Shown piece after piece: positions 1 through 9,034 of a DNA stretch of 63,641 bases. The notes beneath the pieces are model-generated. The model ran no database searches and had not been told where the DNA came from. It saw only the letters and a list, made by a program, of their open reading frames with translations. This DNA comes from a virus. Its lineage: Duplodnaviria; Caudoviricetes. The stretch lies in the IMG/VR virus record IMGVR_UViG_3300015203_000009, positions 1 through 63,641 of that record; one strand, 5' to 3'. Both the position numbers and the translations under genes were made by a program. Every line of letters starts with the position of its first letter. The stretch's first letter is position 1.

Positions 1-146
1 CGCTGACCTCCGCGGCGCTAACCTCGGCGGCGCTAACCTCTGCGGCGCTAACCTCTACGGCGCTGACCTCCGCGGCGCTAACCTCGGCGGCGCTAACCTC
101 TGCGGCGCTAACCTCTACGGCGCTAACCTCGGCGGCGCTAACCTCG
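1..146 (+). repeat. 15-bp tandem repeat encoding A(D/N)LxG pentapeptides
   Basis: About 10 units of cgct(g/a)acctcNNcgg; bases 1-60 are repeated exactly at 61-120. Confidence 0.95.
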
Positions 147-493
147 CTCCCCAGCAGCTGGCCGAACTCTCGATTGTCCCGAGTGAAGGCAGCTTTGTTG
201 GATGGAAGAAGTGCGACGGCGACATTATTGCCAAGTTGCTTATTCCAGAGGACGCCAAGCGCCAAAACGCCACAGGACGCAAGTGTCGTGCTGAATATGT
301 GCAGGTGCTCGCGCTCTATAAGGGCAAGAAGGAAGTGGAAGGACCTGCCTTTACGCACGCGCACGGTCCGAGGATAGAATACGCCGTGGGGGCCACAGTG
401 AAGCCGGACAGCTTCAACGAAGACCGATTTGACGAGTGCTCGCACGGTATTCACTTTTTCATCACTCGCATCGAGGCCGAGAATTACGTCTAA
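2..493 (+). CDS. Pentapeptide-repeat protein with C-terminal DUF5758-like domain (5' truncated)
   Basis: Frame 2 reads ADLRG-ANLGG-ANLCG-ANLYG repeats, then GSFVGWKK...LLIPEDAKR...RKCRAE...ECSHGIHFFITR.EA. Confidence 0.85.
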   Translation, partial: ADLRGANLGGANLCGANLYGADLRGANLGGANLCGANLYGANLGGANLAPQQLAELSIVPSEGSFVGWKKCDGDIIAKLLIPEDAKRQNATGRKCRAEYVQVLALYKGKKEVEGPAFTHAHGPRIEYAVGATVKPDSFNEDRFDECSHGIHFFITRIEAENYV

Positions 494-497
494 TTTT

Positions 498-1040
498 ATG
501 TCCCAAGAAAACACCTCAGTGAAAGATGCAGCCGAGCAGTCGGCTGCCACCATCGTCCGCGAAATTCGCGGGCTCATCCGGGCCACGCCGCCCTCGTTCA
601 CCAAGCAGCGGAAGCTGCTTCAGGCCAAGCTCCGTCTCCTGACGTCCGCGCGCCCGCCACTCGACATGAAGAAATTCACGGAAGAGCTGCACAAGGGACA
701 GATTGCGTTTCGCACATCTGGACTCGCCGTCCGCCGACTGGAAAAGATACACGCCCACGCGAAGCATCTTATTCGTTCTCGGCTCCCGCGCGCCTTCGAC
801 GGCAAGGTGATAGATACGCGCAAGGACACGCGCGGCCAGTTGTATTTTGAAGCGGCCAACGGGCAGGCCCTGAGCGCTTCCCGCATGACGGGAGTTCGGT
901 TGGCCAACTACTCCGCGCGTCGCGTCACGAGCGGACGCGTCAATCACGCGCTGCGTCGCCGCATCGTCGCCCCGCTCGGCAACCCCGTCCTCGTCGACAT
1001 CGTCAAGCGCGAGCTCGCTTTGAACGCGACGCGCGCCTGA
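498..1040 (+). CDS. Hypothetical basic protein
   Basis: ATG at 498 just after the upstream stop; TGA overlaps the next ATG. Confidence 0.7.
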   Translation: MSQENTSVKDAAEQSAATIVREIRGLIRATPPSFTKQRKLLQAKLRLLTSARPPLDMKKFTEELHKGQIAFRTSGLAVRRLEKIHAHAKHLIRSRLPRAFDGKVIDTRKDTRGQLYFEAANGQALSASRMTGVRLANYSARRVTSGRVNHALRRRIVAPLGNPVLVDIVKRELALNATRA

Positions 1041-1381
1041 TGAGGCCCGCTGTGTTGTTCCTCTGCCTCGCCTCGCTCCTGAGAGCGGACACCGGGACAG
1101 CCAGCTATGTAAACCCGGGGCTCGCCGGCCACCTCACCGCCAGCGGCGAGCCCTTTAACCCCCGACAACTCACAGCTGCCTCTTACAAGTATTTCAAACG
1201 CTATGTCCGCATCACCAATCCCAGCAACGGCAAATCTGTTGTCGTCTGGGTGAATGACAAAGGACCCAACCGCAGGCTGCATCGAATCATTGATCTTTCC
1301 CCAGCCGCCTACAATCAGATAGCCCAACCTTTCTATATTAGAAAGGGAACACTTTTTGTATCCATCCAGCCACTACCATGA
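1040..1381 (+). CDS. RlpA-like double-psi beta-barrel protein (lytic transglycosylase family) with signal peptide
   Basis: GTASY...G.LTASGE.F....LTAA...VRITN..NGKSVVV.VNDKGP...RIIDLS.AA. Confidence 0.85.
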   Translation: MRPAVLFLCLASLLRADTGTASYVNPGLAGHLTASGEPFNPRQLTAASYKYFKRYVRITNPSNGKSVVVWVNDKGPNRRLHRIIDLSPAAYNQIAQPFYIRKGTLFVSIQPLP

Positions 1382-1827
1382 GCGACAAATTCAAAACCCA
1401 CGACAGATTTTCCGCCGGCACCGCCAAGCTCCTCGCCGAGCGTCGGCCGGGGCAGACGTTCTCCGCCCAAGAAATCGCCGACGCCTGCGGCGTCCACAAA
1501 CGCACAGTCCAATATATCGAGGCCAAGGCCCTCCGCAATTTTGCGAGAGGACTGCAGGCCCTGTGTCCCGACGTCATCAACGACGAGATGAGTGCTGGCA
1601 AGCGCGAGGGGTTTTTAAGGACGCTCAATACAAGCCCCTACGACCGGAGCAAGCCGACGGCCCTCACGCTGCTCCGCCGCGACGCGCGCCACACCCACTT
1701 CGCCCGCGCGCGCCTGAACGTCGGCGGCGAGGCGAGCGTCGAAAGCACCAATCGGAAGCTGCGCGAAGCCGACCCGGTGAGATATACCTTTTCCGGCGCG
1801 TTGAAAAATTCCCTCGCCACCGCCTAA
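1378..1827 (+). CDS. HTH protein (sigma region-4-like)
   Basis: FSAQEIADACGVHKRTVQYIEAKALRN. Confidence 0.65.
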   Translation: MSDKFKTHDRFSAGTAKLLAERRPGQTFSAQEIADACGVHKRTVQYIEAKALRNFARGLQALCPDVINDEMSAGKREGFLRTLNTSPYDRSKPTALTLLRRDARHTHFARARLNVGGEASVESTNRKLREADPVRYTFSGALKNSLATA

Positions 1828-1841
1828 GACATCGCTACTTT
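1814..1841 (+). promoter_or_regulatory. Class A promoter TCGCCA-N16-TACTTT
   Basis: One of six copies with identical 16-nt spacing; lies just before GTG 1851. Confidence 0.7.
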
Positions 1842-1850
1842 GTCCGTCCA

Positions 1851-2072
1851 GTGAAAAAGCTTTTCCTGATTTTCCTTTGGGCGCTTGCGGCCGGCTGCGT
1901 TGCCACGACGCCCATCACGCCTCTCCACTGTGTTGCGGTGGAGCATCTGGACAATGGGGAGACGTGGGAAATCTGGCAGCGCGCCGACGGCTCCCGCTAT
2001 GTCAAGGTCATCAGCACCAGCGGGAAAATCTCTTACATCGAAATCGTCTACCTCGATGAACCCGAGCGTTGA
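1851..2072 (+). CDS. Small lipoprotein
   Basis: GTG start; MKKLFLIFLWALAAG-C signal peptide and lipobox. Confidence 0.7.
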   Translation: MKKLFLIFLWALAAGCVATTPITPLHCVAVEHLDNGETWEIWQRADGSRYVKVISTSGKISYIEIVYLDEPER

Positions 2073-2250
2073 GAAAATTGTGGCGGCCGGGGCCAAGCGC
2101 CAGCGCAAGCTGGCCGCATGGATGCTGACGCCGGCCGCGCGCCACGTCCCGCAGGAAGCCAAGCACCAAAAGATGCTCCGCGCCACCAGCAAGCCAACGC
2201 AGGATATTCCCCCGCCCGACTTCGACCCTTTCTTCGACGATGTTGCCTGA
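2056..2250 (+). CDS. Hypothetical protein
   Basis: MNPSVEKIV..., packed between neighbouring genes. Confidence 0.55.
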   Translation: MNPSVEKIVAAGAKRQRKLAAWMLTPAARHVPQEAKHQKMLRATSKPTQDIPPPDFDPFFDDVA

Positions 2251-2257
2251 ATTTCCC

Positions 2258-2797
2258 ATGACGCTGCTCGACAGCATTCGAGCGCTCGCTCGTCGCCGCG
2301 CTCGGGGCAACTACCATCTGGAGCAGGATTTCTTCTCGGCCGGACTTTATGGCGCAGCAAAAGCGATGCATCATTACGATGCCTCGAAAAACCCGAATTT
2401 CCCCGCCTACGCCTACCGCTTCGCGAGCTTTGAGATGCTGGCTTGGTGGTCCGCTTACGCGTCCCCGATGACGCGCGGCCAGCGGGACAAGATGAAGCGC
2501 GACAGCACCCCAGCGCCTGTCTCCATGACGAGCCTCGACCTCTTGATGGGGGAAGGGTTTGACATCATCGCCGACGAGCAGATTGGGCCGGACGAGCACG
2601 CCGCGCGCCTCTTGGAATGGGGCGTCGAGATAATGAAGCTTCCGCCGCTGGAAGCCTTCGTCATTTTCCAGCGCATCGTCAACGAGAAGAGCTGCACCGA
2701 GCTCGCCGCTTTTCTGGACGTGACGCGTCAGCAAATATTTTTAACACAGCAACGGGCCATCGAGAAGCTCCGCGTCTCCTGCGCTCACCTTCAATGA
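2258..2797 (+). CDS. Sigma-70-family factor (regions 2 and 4)
   Basis: DFFSAGLYGAAKAMHHYDASKNPNFPAYAY (region 2); KSCTELAAFLDVTRQQIFLTQQRAIEKLR (region 4). Confidence 0.8.
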   Translation: MTLLDSIRALARRRARGNYHLEQDFFSAGLYGAAKAMHHYDASKNPNFPAYAYRFASFEMLAWWSAYASPMTRGQRDKMKRDSTPAPVSMTSLDLLMGEGFDIIADEQIGPDEHAARLLEWGVEIMKLPPLEAFVIFQRIVNEKSCTELAAFLDVTRQQIFLTQQRAIEKLRVSCAHLQ

Positions 2798-2994
2798 AAC
2801 CTTGGTTTTCTGACACGGAAAAGGAATGGAAGTGCTCTTTCGGCAAATACGAGGTGTACTATTCTCGTCGCAGTCGGAACGGCATCATGGGCCGATTTGG
2901 AGGAGGCTGGAATTGGAAGCTGGGCTTTCAGGCCTCCGGTAAAACTCTTCTTCTAAGCCTGCTGGTTTCTGAACTCACCATCACTAGGAAATGA
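2794..2994 (+). CDS. Hypothetical protein
   Basis: MKPWFSD..., ATGA overlaps at both ends. Confidence 0.55.
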   Translation: MKPWFSDTEKEWKCSFGKYEVYYSRRSRNGIMGRFGGGWNWKLGFQASGKTLLLSLLVSELTITRK

Positions 2995-3203
2995 CCCACA
3001 CCACCACCTACCGCACCCTCGAAGACCCCAGCGAGCTCATTGTCGCCGGGGACGAATTCAAGCCCGACTACGTCGACGACACCCAGTGGCGGCCCTGCGA
3101 CCTGATGATTGGCCACCGGCTCCGCGACTTGAGAAATTCCCGCGTCTCGATACGGCGCGTCATTGCCCGCTCACCCACAACCACCGAAATTGCCCCCGAA
3201 TGA
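2991..3203 (+). CDS. Hypothetical protein
   Basis: ATGA-coupled ORF. Confidence 0.6.
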   Translation: MTHTTTYRTLEDPSELIVAGDEFKPDYVDDTQWRPCDLMIGHRLRDLRNSRVSIRRVIARSPTTTEIAPE

Positions 3204-3502
3204 GACTATCAACAGAAGTAGCAAAGCTCGAAGAAGCACACAAGGATTTGGAGCGCAAGCTCGCCAACGCCCGACCGCCCGGGAACGTGGTGCTCGTGAA
3301 TCGCGAGGGTTTCTCGAAGGCCTATACGATAAATACCAACACTTGCTACGGAGAAGTCACCCGCATCTACCAGATGGCCGAGCACCAGTGTGATTTTGCC
3401 ACCGTCTGCTCTCCCAGTGACCACAGTAGCCTCAAGACCCGTGATTTCCGTTCTACCGGACGGCGCGACTTTTGGAACCGTGAAATATTGGAGGAAATTT
3501 AA
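3200..3502 (+). CDS. Hypothetical protein
   Basis: MRLSTEVAKL..., ATGA-coupled. Confidence 0.6.
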   Translation: MRLSTEVAKLEEAHKDLERKLANARPPGNVVLVNREGFSKAYTINTNTCYGEVTRIYQMAEHQCDFATVCSPSDHSSLKTRDFRSTGRRDFWNREILEEI

Positions 3503-3503
3503 C

Positions 3504-3641
3504 ATGGACGCATCCACCAACGACCCCGCTGTCAGCATTCCCACGCCCGTTCCGGCCGCCGCCAAGGCGATTCCCAAGACGGACGTGCTTTTCATTCTCA
3601 TCTGCGTGGCCCTACTCGCGTGGGCCATTGCCTCCTTCTGA
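3504..3641 (+). CDS. Small membrane protein
   Basis: MDASTNDP... with hydrophobic C-terminus VLFILICVALLAWAIASF. Confidence 0.55.
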   Translation: MDASTNDPAVSIPTPVPAAAKAIPKTDVLFILICVALLAWAIASF

Positions 3642-3841
3642 TGCCCGCCAACACATCAAGCAGCCAAGACAAGATTATTAATAACGCTGTCCGAGAAGCG
3701 AGCACTCTTAGCGACACCGTCTCTGAATTGCTCGCCATCATCTACGAACTCGACGACAAGCTATCCAAGGCCATGGAACGTATTTCCGAGCTTGAGGGAG
3801 AAGTAGTTACGCTCGAAGACAAAATACGGGACAAGGAATGA
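3641..3841 (+). CDS. Small coiled-coil protein
   Basis: MPANTS...; heptad pattern in the C-terminal half. Confidence 0.55.
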   Translation: MPANTSSSQDKIINNAVREASTLSDTVSELLAIIYELDDKLSKAMERISELEGEVVTLEDKIRDKE

Positions 3842-3917
3842 CGGAAGAGGAAGCCCTAAAACTGTGGCTGGAAGACGCGCTTGAAATGAACCGACGCAAT
3901 TTTCTTCGCCACACTAA

Positions 3918-5090
3918 ATGACCAGCCTTCGTAATTATCAGGAGGAAGCCACCGTGTTTCTTTTCCCGCGCAACCGGGGCTGCGTTGTCGCGCCGGCCGG
4001 CTCGGGAAAAACGGTGATTGGCGCGCGGGCGGCTGCCTATGCGGCGTGCCGGGTGTGGGCGAAGGAAAAGCGCGAGGTGAAGCTGGCGTGGGTATGTGGG
4101 ACATTGGAGCAAAAGATGCAGGGAATAAAGGCCCTGCAGGCGGAAGAGTGCTCGGTGCCGGTGGACATTCGCGTCGAGTGCTATGCGGCCAAACTCGATT
4201 TGAGTGATGTGGATATTGTGATCGTGGACGAGTGCCATCACGTACCCTCAGACACCCTAGGGGAGATGCTCTCCAAGCTGAAAACGGACGCAATTTTGTA
4301 CGGGCTCACGGCCACGCCGACTCACAGCGACCCGCTGAGAAATGCCTTGGTTGATCTGACATTCAAGGAATTTTTTGTCATCGACCGGGCGCGCGTTGAA
4401 GCCTCAGGCCATTTGATAAAAGGAAAAGCCTTCATGTGCGACGTGGATGTGCCGGGACAATTCAACGCCGAGATAGAAGCCAAAACGCAGTATGAACTAG
4501 CCATTCGCATGCGCCGAATGCCGTGGTTGCCCCGCTTCGAACAGGAGCGGCGCATCAAGAATCAAATGACACAGGAGATGGTGCAAGCCAACGAAGCTCG
4601 CAATGCTTCCGCTGTCTTCTTGACCCAGCGCGAGGCGGCGGCCGGGGAGAGTGTTCTTGTGCTGGTGGCTTCCATCGAACACGGGAAGAAGCTAGTGGAA
4701 CGGATGCCGGGCAGCGAGATTGTGAACTCCAAGCTTCCAAAGAAAAAACGTGCCCAGTTGGTGGAGGATTTTCGTAGCGGGGCTTTGCGCATTCTCGTTG
4801 CAACCAGCCTGTTGGATGAGGGGGCCGATTTTCCAAGAGCCTCGCGTCTGATACTTGTTGCGGGCGGACGCTCCGCTGGAAAATTGGAGCAGCGCGCTGG
4901 GCGCGTGCTTCGCCCATTCGAAGGCAAAAACGGCGGCGTTATTTACGATTTTCTCGACCGGGGGGCGACGTTTGCGCACGCACAGGCGAAAGCGCGGATG
5001 AGAGTGTACGAGACGCTTGGATATGCCCCCGAAATTATTTTTACAAATTCCCTCGCCACATCACAAACACCTACTATTGTCAACCCTTAG
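3918..5090 (+). CDS. Superfamily 2 (DExH) helicase
   Basis: LRNYQ, APAGSGKT, DECH, TATP, LLDEGAD, QRAGRVLR. Confidence 0.93.
   Translation: MTSLRNYQEEATVFLFPRNRGCVVAPAGSGKTVIGARAAAYAACRVWAKEKREVKLAWVCGTLEQKMQGIKALQAEECSVPVDIRVECYAAKLDLSDVDIVIVDECHHVPSDTLGEMLSKLKTDAILYGLTATPTHSDPLRNALVDLTFKEFFVIDRARVEASGHLIKGKAFMCDVDVPGQFNAEIEAKTQYELAIRMRRMPWLPRFEQERRIKNQMTQEMVQANEARNASAVFLTQREAAAGESVLVLVASIEHGKKLVERMPGSEIVNSKLPKKKRAQLVEDFRSGALRILVATSLLDEGADFPRASRLILVAGGRSAGKLEQRAGRVLRPFEGKNGGVIYDFLDRGATFAHAQAKARMRVYETLGYAPEIIFTNSLATSQTPTIVNP
5053..5080 (+). promoter_or_regulatory. Class A promoter TCGCCA-N16-TATTGT
   Basis: Motif copy at the end of the helicase gene. Confidence 0.65.
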
Positions 5091-5114
5091 TTAGCTAGTT
5101 CTTTCACAAATACC

Positions 5115-5125
5115 GTCCGATACTT
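5115..5125 (+). promoter_or_regulatory. Class B motif GTCCGATACTT
   Basis: 26 nt upstream of the HNH gene ATG. Confidence 0.6.
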
Positions 5126-5151
5126 TGTTGAGGCCGTAGAAAGCCGAGACA

Positions 5152-5772
5152 ATGGAAGAAGACAAAATTTCAACGGCAGGAGATACGTGCGACGGAGGCG
5201 TACTCCATTCGCCAATTTCTACCTGTGGCGCGCCTCCCGCCGTTGTTTATCGTCGCGGAGACAAGCACCCCACAGAAGACAAAGTATTCTGGGAATACGC
5301 TCCTGCTGGGGAGCTTCGTTGGTCTAGTCGCCTAAAATACGAAGCCTATCGAGCAACGATAGTAAAACTACCCGGAACGTGGAAAAAGAGAAACCGAGCG
5401 AAGTGTCGTGCATCAGGCAAGCGCTGCTATTACAGGCACAGATTAAAAAGGCTAGCCGATAGGAGAGAATGGGCAAAACGAAATCCAGAGCGCATAAAGT
5501 TTTTAGCTCGCCGCCACATGAGAAAGTATCCGGAGAGATACGCTTTTCATGCAGCTAAAAGAAGGGCGACGATATTAAAAGCAACAGATGTCTCGACTTC
5601 AAAACTGCAGATTAAGGTTTTTTACGATGCTGCGGCCAGAGTATCTCGGTGTTTGGGTATAAAATTCCACGTTGACCACATCATTCCTCTATCTCGTGGA
5701 GGAAGGCATCAGCAATCAAATCTTCAGCTTTTACCAGCCACACTCAATCATCGCAAAGGCAACCGAATTTAA
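5152..5772 (+). CDS. HNH homing endonuclease
   Basis: FHVDHIIPLSRGGRH..SNLQLL....N..K; more AT-rich than flanks. Confidence 0.88.
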   Translation: MEEDKISTAGDTCDGGVLHSPISTCGAPPAVVYRRGDKHPTEDKVFWEYAPAGELRWSSRLKYEAYRATIVKLPGTWKKRNRAKCRASGKRCYYRHRLKRLADRREWAKRNPERIKFLARRHMRKYPERYAFHAAKRRATILKATDVSTSKLQIKVFYDAAARVSRCLGIKFHVDHIIPLSRGGRHQQSNLQLLPATLNHRKGNRI

Positions 5773-6956
5773 TGCCTGAATTAACTCACACTCAAACCCG
5801 CAGTCACCATAAAGATTCACCCTCAAGCCTTCAGGCAAGCGAGGCATGCCCTTGTTACCTTTCCGAACAAAGGGAAAGCGCTGCCTCTACTGCCGGTACA
5901 CTTCAACACACGGCTGTCGAAACTCGTGATTTGTCCATTCTCGGAGGAAACGAGGCAATGGAGACGGCCGTCTCGAAAGCAATAGCTTACGAGGAAGCCA
6001 TCCTCAATCGCCTCAAGCTCGCGCGCATCGACTATCGAATCATCCGCGAGGAAAAGCTCACCGTCGGCGACGATGACGTGACATCGGGTTTTCCTGACAC
6101 TGTAATTGTGGCTGGCACGCACGCCATCATTCTGGACTTCAAGTTTGGAAAAATCCCGGTGACGGATGCCAAGGACAACCTGCAGGGCATTTCCTATTGG
6201 CTCGGAGTGCTACGCAAGGAACCGAAAGTGGTGACGACCGAGGTGCATTTCATTCTCCCGTACCAAAACTGGAGCCCCGACGCGCAGCGTATCAAATTTA
6301 CGCATACGTTCCACAAGGACGACGCCACGAAGAACGAACTTAGGGTGAGGACTGTCATCGCCCGCAAACACGAGGCCTACGCGCAGGTGGAAAAGGGCAA
6401 CTGGGACATGGCCCAGCCCAAAGAGGACCTGTGCATCTGGTGCGAGCGAAAAGGCGTGTGCCCGAAGGTTGGACAGCTCGTCCTGCGCACCAACGAAAAA
6501 TACCACGACATGACGGTGCCCGACGTCGTGAAGGAGTGGAAAATAATCACGTCCGACCAAGTGGCGCAGGCGTACAAGTTTGCCAACCAGATGGGGCCAA
6601 TCATCGAGGCCATCAAGAAGCGCTGCGTCGAGGTGGCCGTGCAGGATGATTTGCTGCCGTCCAATTATAAAATTGTTAAATCCCAACACCGGAAAATAAA
6701 GAAAGTGGGTGGATTTTTAAGAGTGGCGCTGGATACGGCCAAGATGACCGCCGAGGAAGCCACGGAACTGCTGACGGTGAGTTTCAAGCCCTTCGAGGAC
6801 TGGATAAGATTGCATGCTCCCAAAGGTGCGGGGGCCGCTCGCCTGCGTGAATTCAATTCCGCCCTTGAGGAAAACGGCGTCGTCGAAGCCGGGACACCTT
6901 TCTATTTTCTGCGGGAAGTAAAAACTCCCGCCGATAAAATTGCCATAGATATTTAA
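5772..6956 (+). CDS. PD-(D/E)XK nuclease (Cas4-like/DUF2800-type exonuclease)
   Basis: SPSSL...CP, GTLQH, GFPD, ILDFKFG, NLQ..Y, CIWC....CP. Confidence 0.8.
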   Translation: MPELTHTQTRSHHKDSPSSLQASEACPCYLSEQRESAASTAGTLQHTAVETRDLSILGGNEAMETAVSKAIAYEEAILNRLKLARIDYRIIREEKLTVGDDDVTSGFPDTVIVAGTHAIILDFKFGKIPVTDAKDNLQGISYWLGVLRKEPKVVTTEVHFILPYQNWSPDAQRIKFTHTFHKDDATKNELRVRTVIARKHEAYAQVEKGNWDMAQPKEDLCIWCERKGVCPKVGQLVLRTNEKYHDMTVPDVVKEWKIITSDQVAQAYKFANQMGPIIEAIKKRCVEVAVQDDLLPSNYKIVKSQHRKIKKVGGFLRVALDTAKMTAEEATELLTVSFKPFEDWIRLHAPKGAGAARLREFNSALEENGVVEAGTPFYFLREVKTPADKIAIDI

Positions 6957-6993
6957 TCTACGGCTTAACCAAAAACCAAAAACCAAAAAATAA

Positions 6994-7845
6994 ATGTCTG
7001 AATCAAAGATTAGTTTTGCCAAGGTGGCTGGGGCTGGCTCCAGCGAGCCTGTTCCCGCTGAACAAAAAGCCACGGAAGCCAATGCCTCCCTCGCCGGCCA
7101 AGCGCCGGCAGCACCTTCAGGTGCGACGACGGCGCTCGCGGCTCCGCCGCAGCAGAGCCACCTTCCCACGCGTTTCCTTGGCGGAGACGAGGAGGACGAC
7201 GACGGCGACCGCTCGGACGTCCGCCTGCCGCGCCTGAATATCGTGCAGGGGCTCAGCGGAGCCGACTTGAAAGGCATCAAGAAGCCCGATGGCACGATTG
7301 CGCCGGACGGTTCCTTGATTTTCAAGAAGGCCCTCTACATCCCGCAGCCGGCGACGATTGTTGTCGCAGCCTTCACCAAGCCCGAGTATTCGGAGAAGGC
7401 GCTCAAGTTTGGGGAAGGCCCGAAGCCGCGCACTTTCCAGACACTGGAGGAAGTGATTAACGCGGGTGGCACCGACAAGTGGAAATACAGCCGCGAAAAC
7501 CGGGAGGACCCGACCAAGCTCCCGTGGTTTGTGAAAATCACCACGGCTCTTGTTCTCATCAAGAAGTGGGAGGGCATCAGCGATGCCGACGCCGAGCACT
7601 TCACGGCCGTCGCCGAGGACGGCACGGCCTTCGCGGCCGCCGTTCTCACCGTCAAGAGCACGGGCTTCCAAGGGTTCTATGTTCCGCTGAAGAGCGAACA
7701 GGCCCAAGGCGTCCTGATGCACGGCTTCTACACCCGCTACGTCAAGCTCACGACGAAGCAGGACAAGGCCTTCACGCCCGTCGTTTCCATCCAAGAACCC
7801 ACCAGCGACGCCGTCCGCAAGCTCGCTATTTCCATTCGCGCTTAA
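6994..7845 (+). CDS. Putative single-stranded DNA-binding protein
   Basis: Lies between nuclease and polymerase; DVRLPRLNIVQGLS motif; A-rich leader. Confidence 0.55.
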   Translation: MSESKISFAKVAGAGSSEPVPAEQKATEANASLAGQAPAAPSGATTALAAPPQQSHLPTRFLGGDEEDDDGDRSDVRLPRLNIVQGLSGADLKGIKKPDGTIAPDGSLIFKKALYIPQPATIVVAAFTKPEYSEKALKFGEGPKPRTFQTLEEVINAGGTDKWKYSRENREDPTKLPWFVKITTALVLIKKWEGISDADAEHFTAVAEDGTAFAAAVLTVKSTGFQGFYVPLKSEQAQGVLMHGFYTRYVKLTTKQDKAFTPVVSIQEPTSDAVRKLAISIRA

Positions 7846-7904
7846 TGTATCGTATAACGAGCATTAAGCCGCTAAATCCGGCTTAATGTCTCGTATATGA
7901 TACA
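7840..7904. other. Compound palindrome / long imperfect hairpin
   Basis: GCTTAATG..CATTAAGC and ATTAAGCCG..CGGCTTAAT arms; direct repeat GCTTAATGT(A/C)TCGTATA. Confidence 0.7.
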
Positions 7905-7937
7905 CTATCCCGCCTTAACGTCCAAACTATCGAACAC

Positions 7938-8369
7938 ATGCTAAATCAACTCCGGGCCGAATTCCGGCTCCTGTACGAACTCCTCGCTGACAACAAGTCG
8001 GCCGTTGCCGTTGTCGCTCGCCGCGACATCGGTGCCATCCATGACAACCTTTTCAACGCCGAGCCGCACCTCGTGGTGGTGGGCGTGGAAGTGTTGCACG
8101 AACTGAAGAAATACTTCAACGATGCCACTCCGGCCGCGTTGAAGGAACAGGTGGAAGCGGCCATCAAGGCCGTCGACGCCGTCCGTGCCGCGCGCACGCC
8201 CCCGCTGCCTCCGTCCGGTCCGATTGAGGCCACGGGCAACGTGAAGGTGCCGGAAGGTGCCGTTGCGTCTCCGCCGGTCGCTGAAGCGGCCTTGGCCCCC
8301 GCCGAGGCTGGCTTGGTCCCGGTGGTGCCGTTCGAAGCACCGGCTCCTGACGCCCCGGCGGCAGTGTAA
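7938..8369 (+). CDS. Hypothetical protein with Pro/Ala-rich C-terminus
   Basis: ORF with phage-typical codon usage. Confidence 0.7.
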   Translation: MLNQLRAEFRLLYELLADNKSAVAVVARRDIGAIHDNLFNAEPHLVVVGVEVLHELKKYFNDATPAALKEQVEAAIKAVDAVRAARTPPLPPSGPIEATGNVKVPEGAVASPPVAEAALAPAEAGLVPVVPFEAPAPDAPAAV

Positions 8370-8414
8370 AGCCTGCAGGAAATATCAAACAGGCAGGGAA
8401 AGCCCTGCTTTCAG

Positions 8415-8444
8415 CGTCCTCTCTGGAAACGGGGAGGACGTTTT
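8415..8444 (+). terminator. Putative intrinsic terminator
   Basis: CGTCCTC...GAGGACG stem followed by TTTT. Confidence 0.5.
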
Positions 8445-8458
8445 CCTTTAGTAGAGGG

Positions 8459-9034
8459 ATGCCAACCGGAATTTATCAACGAACTGTAGTCGGTCGATTG
8501 CGAAAAGTTATTCGGCCTCCGTACGAGAAGGACGGGGTGCTGCATATCCCGCTGACGCGCGGCATGGTGGCTTTGGCCTCTCCAGAGGACCGAGGACAGT
8601 TGGAGAAGTATAATTGGTCGGCTCAATTTTGTGACGGGAATTACTACGCCGCGCGCCGGTCATTGGGTGAGAATGGGAAAACAGGACTGGTGCTCATGCA
8701 CCGCCAACTGCTCGGGCTCAAAAAGGGCGAGCTCGGCGACCACGCAGACCGAAACAGGTTGAACAACCAAAGATATAACCTCCGGCTGGCTACCTTTTCT
8801 GAGAATGGATGTAACAGAACACCCTCTCAAAAGCCTAGAAAACTCGGGACAAAAATCGGCGTGTACTACCTACCCAGATTGAATCAAAGTGCTCCGTGGT
8901 CCGCGCGCGTAGTCAAGCACGGCATATCGTATTATCTGGGATATTTCGAAACCGAAACCGAGGCAGCAATCGTGCGTGACGAAGCAGCAAAAAGGCTGCA
9001 CAGAAAATTTGCAGTGTTAAATTTTCCCACATGA
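8459..9034 (+). CDS. HNH-AP2 homing endonuclease
   Basis: LMHRQLL...DHADRNRLNNQRYNLR; AP2 domain W.A......YLGYFETE.EAA...D.AA..LH..FA.LNFP. Confidence 0.9.
   Translation: MPTGIYQRTVVGRLRKVIRPPYEKDGVLHIPLTRGMVALASPEDRGQLEKYNWSAQFCDGNYYAARRSLGENGKTGLVLMHRQLLGLKKGELGDHADRNRLNNQRYNLRLATFSENGCNRTPSQKPRKLGTKIGVYYLPRLNQSAPWSARVVKHGISYYLGYFETETEAAIVRDEAAKRLHRKFAVLNFPT

Noticed and set aside
1-146. Tandem repeats as a CRISPR array or DGR
   Set aside because: They are in-frame 15-bp coding repeats with no spacers, and no reverse transcriptase is present
3898-3935. TCGCCA upstream of the helicase as a class A promoter
   Set aside because: No TANNNT at 16-nt spacing
5772-6956. Cas4-like gene as part of a CRISPR system
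   Set aside because: No array or other cas genes; ordinary replication-module nuclease
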